Assembly (NCBI RefSeq): GCF_009914755.1
Contig: NC_060939.1
DNA: 64,000 nucleotides
Reading direction: 5' to 3' (one strand)
DNA from: the human T2T-CHM13v2.0 reference genome, Homo sapiens
Shown here: piece by piece, positions 57,526 to 64,000 of the stretch
Layout of the letters: every line of letters starts with the position of its first letter
How positions within the stretch are numbered: position 1 is the stretch's first letter
Position numbers and translations under genes: made by a program
The notes under the pieces: generated by a model
Seen by the model: only the letters and a program-made list of their open reading frames with translations
The model's database searches: none
Told to the model about the DNA's origin: nothing

Positions 57526-58344
57526 TACCCATTTCATACAAGGTACTATTGAGTTATGTCTTCCCGGTATTGAGCTCGTGCCAATGTCTTTTTGGATCAA
57601 CTACAAACACACGTTTTTACTTTTCCCTATGTTACTTCACCTTTTATTAAAGTAGATTTGGTTCCCAAATTCTAAGCTGTTAAGATTTGAAGACAGTTTA
57701 ATTCAGATTATTGTAGAGAAATCTAATTCATTCTTTGTAATAGGCATATAATGACTCCTACAATCAATGAGTCTCAATTTATACAAGTATCCTCTTATTG
57801 ATATATATGGGCATTGTCTTGATTTGAATTTGTTTTGCCAACTGTAAGCAATGCTACAAGAAACGTACTTCCATATATATACTGGTGTTTTATTTAAAAA
57901 AAAAATAGTCTTAAAAGCTGGGTCAGAGGATGTCTGCATTTGTAATCCTAACGGCTATGAATAGATTATTTTACCAAAGGTAACAACAGTACAGAGTAAT
58001 GCTGGCAGCATGTGAGGTAGCAAGAAGAGTTAGAAATAGATTTAAAAACAAAAGCATAAAAGAGTAAAATAAAGCTAGGAGTAAAGTAAGTCTCTGAATT
58101 TTTTCTATACCATACGTGTATTCCTTTGATAAAAAGCTAGCGAAAAATTCTCTCCTAAAGCTTTTTGTTATTAAGCCTGTGGAAATAATGGTCTTTTTCT
58201 CTGCACTGCTGAAGTATTTACTATTTGCAAAACTCACTATTTGTTCCATTCCTGAGGCAATTAATCACAGAGGATCCCTGACCATCAAGCGTTCTATTGT
58301 TATAATGAGCTGTCATTCAGAGCTTTCATTGTCATCCACATCTT

Positions 58345-58560
58345 TATGACTTAAGAGGTCAACCTTGGAGTCAAACGCACCAGGGTTCAAATTCCAGCCA
58401 TTTACCCACTTACCAAGTGTGTGGTTTTGAGGCATTACTTAGAAGCCTTAAGTTTCAGCTTCATCTGTAAAATGGGTATAATACTTCTTTACTTTCAAGT
58501 ATTCAGAATTAATAATGTAATGTATACAAAGCCCCCTGGAAAAGTGCCTGGTACACACTA
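58345..58560 (+). mobile_element. MIR
   Basis: 'gggttcaaattccagc...tcagcttcatctgtaaaatgggtataata...gtgcctggtacac'. Confidence 0.8.
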
Positions 58561-58607
58561 CTACTGGATGATTAATATTTACACATACTACCACTATTGT
58601 ATGGTTA

Positions 58608-58965
<358 letters not shown>

Positions 58966-60634
58966 TAAAATAGAACTATAATTCACACATGTAGCCACTC
59001 AACTAATGATTTCAGAATAAAGTAAGTACTATTACGACTCCATTTTGTAGATGAGAAAATGAGGATCACAGAGGTAAAAGTAACTTGTCTAAGGTCAAAC
59101 AGCTAAAATAAAACCTTCATTCAATGAATGTTAATTATACTAATTACTACTAATCTTGAGATTGCCTCAATATATGCAGCTTGGAACATGAGACTGATGA
59201 AACTTTAGGGTAGCTACTGGGATAATGAGTGACTGAAGGAGCTAACCCTACTTTAGGCTGCAACCAGCACCTACGTCCCAAAGGGCTAGAGTGGCGTGGG
59301 CAGGCATTCTATCTCTCTGCAGAGTGTAGCCATAAAGTGGAGAGGGTGGGGCCAGAGCCGGCTGAGAGTGAACGTATCAGAAATGCCAGAAGGTGGCAGT
59401 GTGGGGTGGTACCTGGAGAGGTATGCCTGGGGTCAGTGAGATGGCTGGGCCTCACAGGGACGGGTTTGGCAAGGATTAAGCTGCATTCATGATGGGACTT
59501 CAGTCTTTCTGGGATTAGGGTTCAAATCAGAAACAGGATAAAGTTCAGTAGTGACAACACAGTCACAGCATGGGGTCAGAGGGGATTATAGCTCTCAGGG
59601 TCATGGAGGGCCCTGGGGACTCACCCCACAGGCTCATGGCCTGAGGACCCCCAATATCTGACCAACGGACTAGGGGTTGGTAAGCCAACAGCTCCCGGGC
59701 CTCTGTGTCTGCTGTCAAGGGAAAGCGCACGGGGAGGGAACCTGCATTCATTGGGCAGATTCAAAGCCTATGTTAGCCATGTTTAGGCCCCAAGAATACA
59801 CGGACATTTCAAACTCAGGGTTCCTTCCCCTGTGTTCTGTGTTCTAGCACAACCGTTCTGCTTTTTAAAACCTTCCTGTAGCTCTCTTGATTCAAATGAA
59901 TACATCACTTAGAAGTTAAAACCAAAGGACATAGCGTATATCCCAGATGAACAGCAAGGATGGGTCTTTGAGGTTTGCTTTTTCAACAGCAGTTTTGCCT
60001 CTGGTCTCTGCACCAAAATCGGGTCCCTTCCTCATCTCATACATTCTCTCTTTGCTTTTACAGTTCAGAAAACTGCAGCATGTGACCCTCAGTGTGTGTC
60101 CCTCTGTAAAGCATCCACTTACATAACTTTTCCTGCTATTATCTAAAAATATATCAGTGCACTTGGCTTGAGAATGTTTTTGAGACTTAAATTTACACTC
60201 AGCACTTCAAAAGCATCACAGTAAGCCTGTTGAAACTTCCAGTGTGAAAGCTCAGAAATTCTAATAAGCACTAGACTACACTCACAAATAAAAAACATTC
60301 TTTCCAATCCTCTCCTGTAGGACTCAGGGAGAATAATTAGAACAATAGAGATAATACTCTCTGAAATTAAGCCAATTTCAGCTCTCTCCAAAGGTTTTCA
60401 TTAAATGCAGGGGAAAGCCAGAGATATGAGCTGGAATCTTTTCCTAGCCACTTGCTGGCTGTGTAATGTGGGATCATTTGGCTGATCTTCCCAAATCTCT
60501 GTTTCCTTATTTGTAAAATGGGAGTATTTGAAAACTCCAGGAGTCATTGGGAAGATCAAATTCTATTATGCACCTGCAAGCTACAAAGCTGTTGTACACC
60601 TCATAACTGAGCGCCTTCTTTTCCTTTTCCTTCT

Positions 60635-60790
60635 TTTTTTGTAATTTATGTATTTATTTTAATTTTTTTAAAGTAGAAATGGGGTCTTACTACATTACCC
60701 AGACTGGTTTTGAAATCCTGGGCTCAAGCGATCCTCCCGCCTCAGCCTCCCAAAGTGTTGGGATTACAGGCGTGAGCCACAGCACCCAGC
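60635..60790 (-). mobile_element. FLAM_C/Alu left monomer
   Basis: Single reverse monomer with 'cctgggctcaagcgatcctcccgcc'. Confidence 0.88.
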
Positions 60791-61538
60791 TTTCTTTTTC
60801 CTTTTATCTTAATTGTGCTTTGGTTAGTTTTTGAGACTGAGACATTTGACAGGACTTTGAGATGGGCCGCATGGCAGAGGAAGACCAGGAACTGAGACTC
60901 TAGCGTGGCTCCACCTCTCACTGCATTGTCTCGGGAAAGCAACCTTCATTTCTGCATCTCAGTTTCCTTTTATCTGAGAGATGTGGATCTTGACCAAATA
61001 ATCATCAATGTCTCCTCTCAATCTATGATTTAGGGTTTAACCTTTAAATTCGGCAGCACCCTTTCATGAATGGTCTGAGCCAATGACGAGACAGCAGCAT
61101 TTCTCTTTTGGTATTGCCAGATTAGAGGTCTCGCTGGTGGCTTTTGACTCATACCTGTTTTCTTTCCTGCTTTGCTCTATGCTTTCCACAGCGGTGATCT
61201 CATTCAATTCTCACAAGAACCTCATGAGTCAGAAAAGGCAGATATGACTGTCTGCATTTTACAGATGATGAAAATGAAGCCTTGGGAGGGTGATAAATCT
61301 GCCCAGATCACCCAAGTAGTTGGAAAAGTCAGTTCTCCAGAGGTTGAAAGGGCCTCGACTCTCCAGGGACTGGAGAAACCCACAGAGAGAAACCCACTCC
61401 CCTGCATCCAGCCTTGTCTGAGCTCCCATCCTCTCTTGTAACAGCCTCATAACCAGTCTTCCTCCTCATGCCCTTCCCCTACCACACAGTTGCTTCTCAA
61501 CACAGCAGCCAGAGTGGAGTTTTAAAAATGTAAGTCAG

Positions 61539-61608
61539 GGCTGGGCACAGTGGCTCATGCCTATAATCCCAGCACTCTGGGAGGCTGAGGTGGGTGAATC
61601 ACCTGAGG
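61539..61608 (+). mobile_element. Alu 5' fragment (first ~70 nt only)
   Basis: ggctgggcacagtggctc...cacctgaggt then an abrupt switch. Confidence 0.9.
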
Positions 61609-61836
61609 TGTAGAAAGAGAGAGAAAGAAGAGAGAGAGAGAGAAGGAGGAGGTGTCACACACTTTTAAACAGCCAGATCTCATGACAGATCACTCATTAT
61701 CTCGAGGACAGCACAAAGACATTTGTGGGGGGCTGCCTCCCCATGACCCAAACACTTCCCACTAAGCCCCACCTCCAACACTGGGGATTACATTTCAACA
61801 TGAGATTTGGAGGGGACAAATATCCAAGCCATATCA
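61609..61836 (-). mobile_element. MST (MaLR) LTR, partial
   Basis: 'cacacttttaaacagccagatctcatga...ccccacctccaacactggggattacatttcaacatgagatttggaggggacaaatatccaagccatatca'. Confidence 0.88.
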
Positions 61837-62126
61837 CTCCTCCTCTGCCCTCACTAATTGTATATAGTTAATTGGCCTACATGTCTTTCTTCCCTGATAA
61901 AGTGTGACTGCTAAAGTCACACTTGCAGTTCTGAGCGAACCAGGATGATGGTTCACCCCCACTGTGAGCTCCATAAGAGATCCTGTCTCACTTTTCTTTG
62001 TCTTTCCAGAGTCTAGGTGAGACCTGGAGCACCAAAGTGTTAGTTAAATAAAAAATGTACACATGCGTACTCCAGCTTTTAGAGGCTGGACTGTGTTCAC
62101 TTTGAACTACTTTAAAATGAGCTCTA

Positions 62127-62270
62127 GGCTGGGTGCAGTGGCTCATGCCAGTAATCCCAGCATTTTGAGAGGCCGAGGCAGGCGGATCACTTGAGGTCAT
62201 GAGTTGGAGACCAGCCTGGCCAACATGGAAAAACCCTGTTTCTAGGAAAAATAAAAATAAAATAAAGTAA
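62127..62270 (+). mobile_element. Alu left monomer (S-type) with TSD aaaat(g/a)agctcta
   Basis: Left arm followed directly by A-rich tail and TSD. Confidence 0.92.
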
Positions 62271-62424
62271 AATAAGCTCTACACATCTTGGAAGAAAGTG
62301 AGAAATATCACTATGAATAAATCCTATTAGAAACAGGTCTTTTTATGCACCCTGGCAGGCTGGTTGGCCCGTTCAGACACACCTTGAAATGTGCAAATCG
62401 AATACACAGGGTGGCCCTCAGCCT

Positions 62425-62600
62425 GTAGTATCTTGCTGCTCAAAGCATGGTCCATGCACTAGCACCAGTGGTATTGCCTCAGAGCTTGCTAGAAATGCAG
62501 AATCTCAGGCCTTACCATAAAACTGCTGAATCGGAATCTACATTTTAAGAAGATCCCAGCTCATTCATATACATAGTAAATGTCAAGAATCGCTGCTTTA
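62425..62600. mobile_element. MER5A (hAT-Charlie)
   Basis: 'ctcaaagcatggtcc...gagcttgctagaaatgcagaatctcaggcc...gaatctacattttaagaagatccc'. Confidence 0.85.
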
Positions 62601-62699
62601 GGGCCCGTTAGAAATACCTGTGGATCCACATCTACTTTGCCAGCCTTACCCTTGCAAATGTTGCTTTGAAAGATTGCCAGGTAGTGCTCAGGCATCTGA

Positions 62700-63020
<321 letters not shown>

Positions 63021-63099
63021 TTATTTTGACATGCAGCAAAGATTGAGAATGGCTAGAAATGTGTTTTTCTTATTGCCCTTATTCCTGAAAATATGATAC

Positions 63100-63265
63100 T
63101 TGGACCACCTGTATCTGGTGCTTGCAGAAAGGACTGATTTCCAGGCAATATCTCAGAATATGGAATCAGAATCTTAGAAGTAGGGTAAGGCACTGAAATT
63201 GGTATTTTCCATAAATTTTGTAGGGGATTCCTATGTATACCAAAGTTTAAAAACCTCTGCCCTAG
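63100..63265. mobile_element. MER5-family fragment
   Basis: 'gaatcagaatcttagaagtagggt...gattcctatgtataccaaagtttaaaaacctctgcccta'. Confidence 0.6.
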
Positions 63266-63784
63266 GAAGAGGAATGATGGAGAAGTGATATGAGTGCTCC
63301 TGGGTTTTTTGCCTGTCTGGAATTCCTTCACTACCGCCAATACCCCCATTTTGTAACATTATTCTTTTGGAGATCCACTTCTGTTTTCAGTCCACCTGGA
63401 TTAGATACGACCGACCTTTCCTCCTTCCAGAAGTGAGCATGTGATCTAGGCCTTACCAGTGAAAGAATTCCTTCCCCCTGCCCACAGCCATTGCTTAAAG
63501 ATTGAGCACAACTCAGGGTTTATGAATGAGATTGGCACCATTTCTAGAATTATTGGGGGAAGAGATGCTCTTTTTGCTAGATTCCTGAGCAGAAGTCTTG
63601 GGCTGCTGGAGGTCATCTTTGCTAACCTTTGGGGGAACCTGTCAACACAGAAGAGGGCTGAGGCAGATGGAGGTGGCAAGAAGGGCACCCTGCCACTCAC
63701 AAAGCCCTGAGAATGACTTGTGTGGATTCAGGCCTTTAAAGCTGACTGCAGCACAACTTGACATTAGGTATTAAATGAAGAATG

Positions 63785-64000
<216 letters not shown>

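Overview
Primate (human or great-ape-like) genomic DNA, intergenic or deep intronic, with no intact protein-coding gene. It is dense in interspersed repeats: over 25 Alu/FLAM copies, three young 5'-truncated L1s with target-site duplications (TSDs), older L1M/L2/L3/MIR fragments, LTR elements (MER21, LTR16, MLT1, MLT2, THE1, MST) and hAT/Tigger DNA-transposon fossils, several nested. The only gene-derived sequence is a full-length (~3.7 kb) minus-strand processed pseudogene of the DEAD-box helicase DDX18, with TSDs, a poly(A) signal, multiple frameshifts and two tandem duplications in its 3'UTR. Most ORFs in the supplied track are repeat-derived or chance. The best unexplained signals are a 94-nt near-perfect hairpin (39758-39851), a repeat-free homeodomain/POU/PBX-HOX/MEIS motif cluster resembling a developmental enhancer (~46900-47560), two exon-like minus-strand segments, and a templated-insertion repair scar inside an L1. 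I found no well-supported novel biological system. Repeat subfamily names are from recognition by eye and need RepeatMasker/Dfam confirmation.
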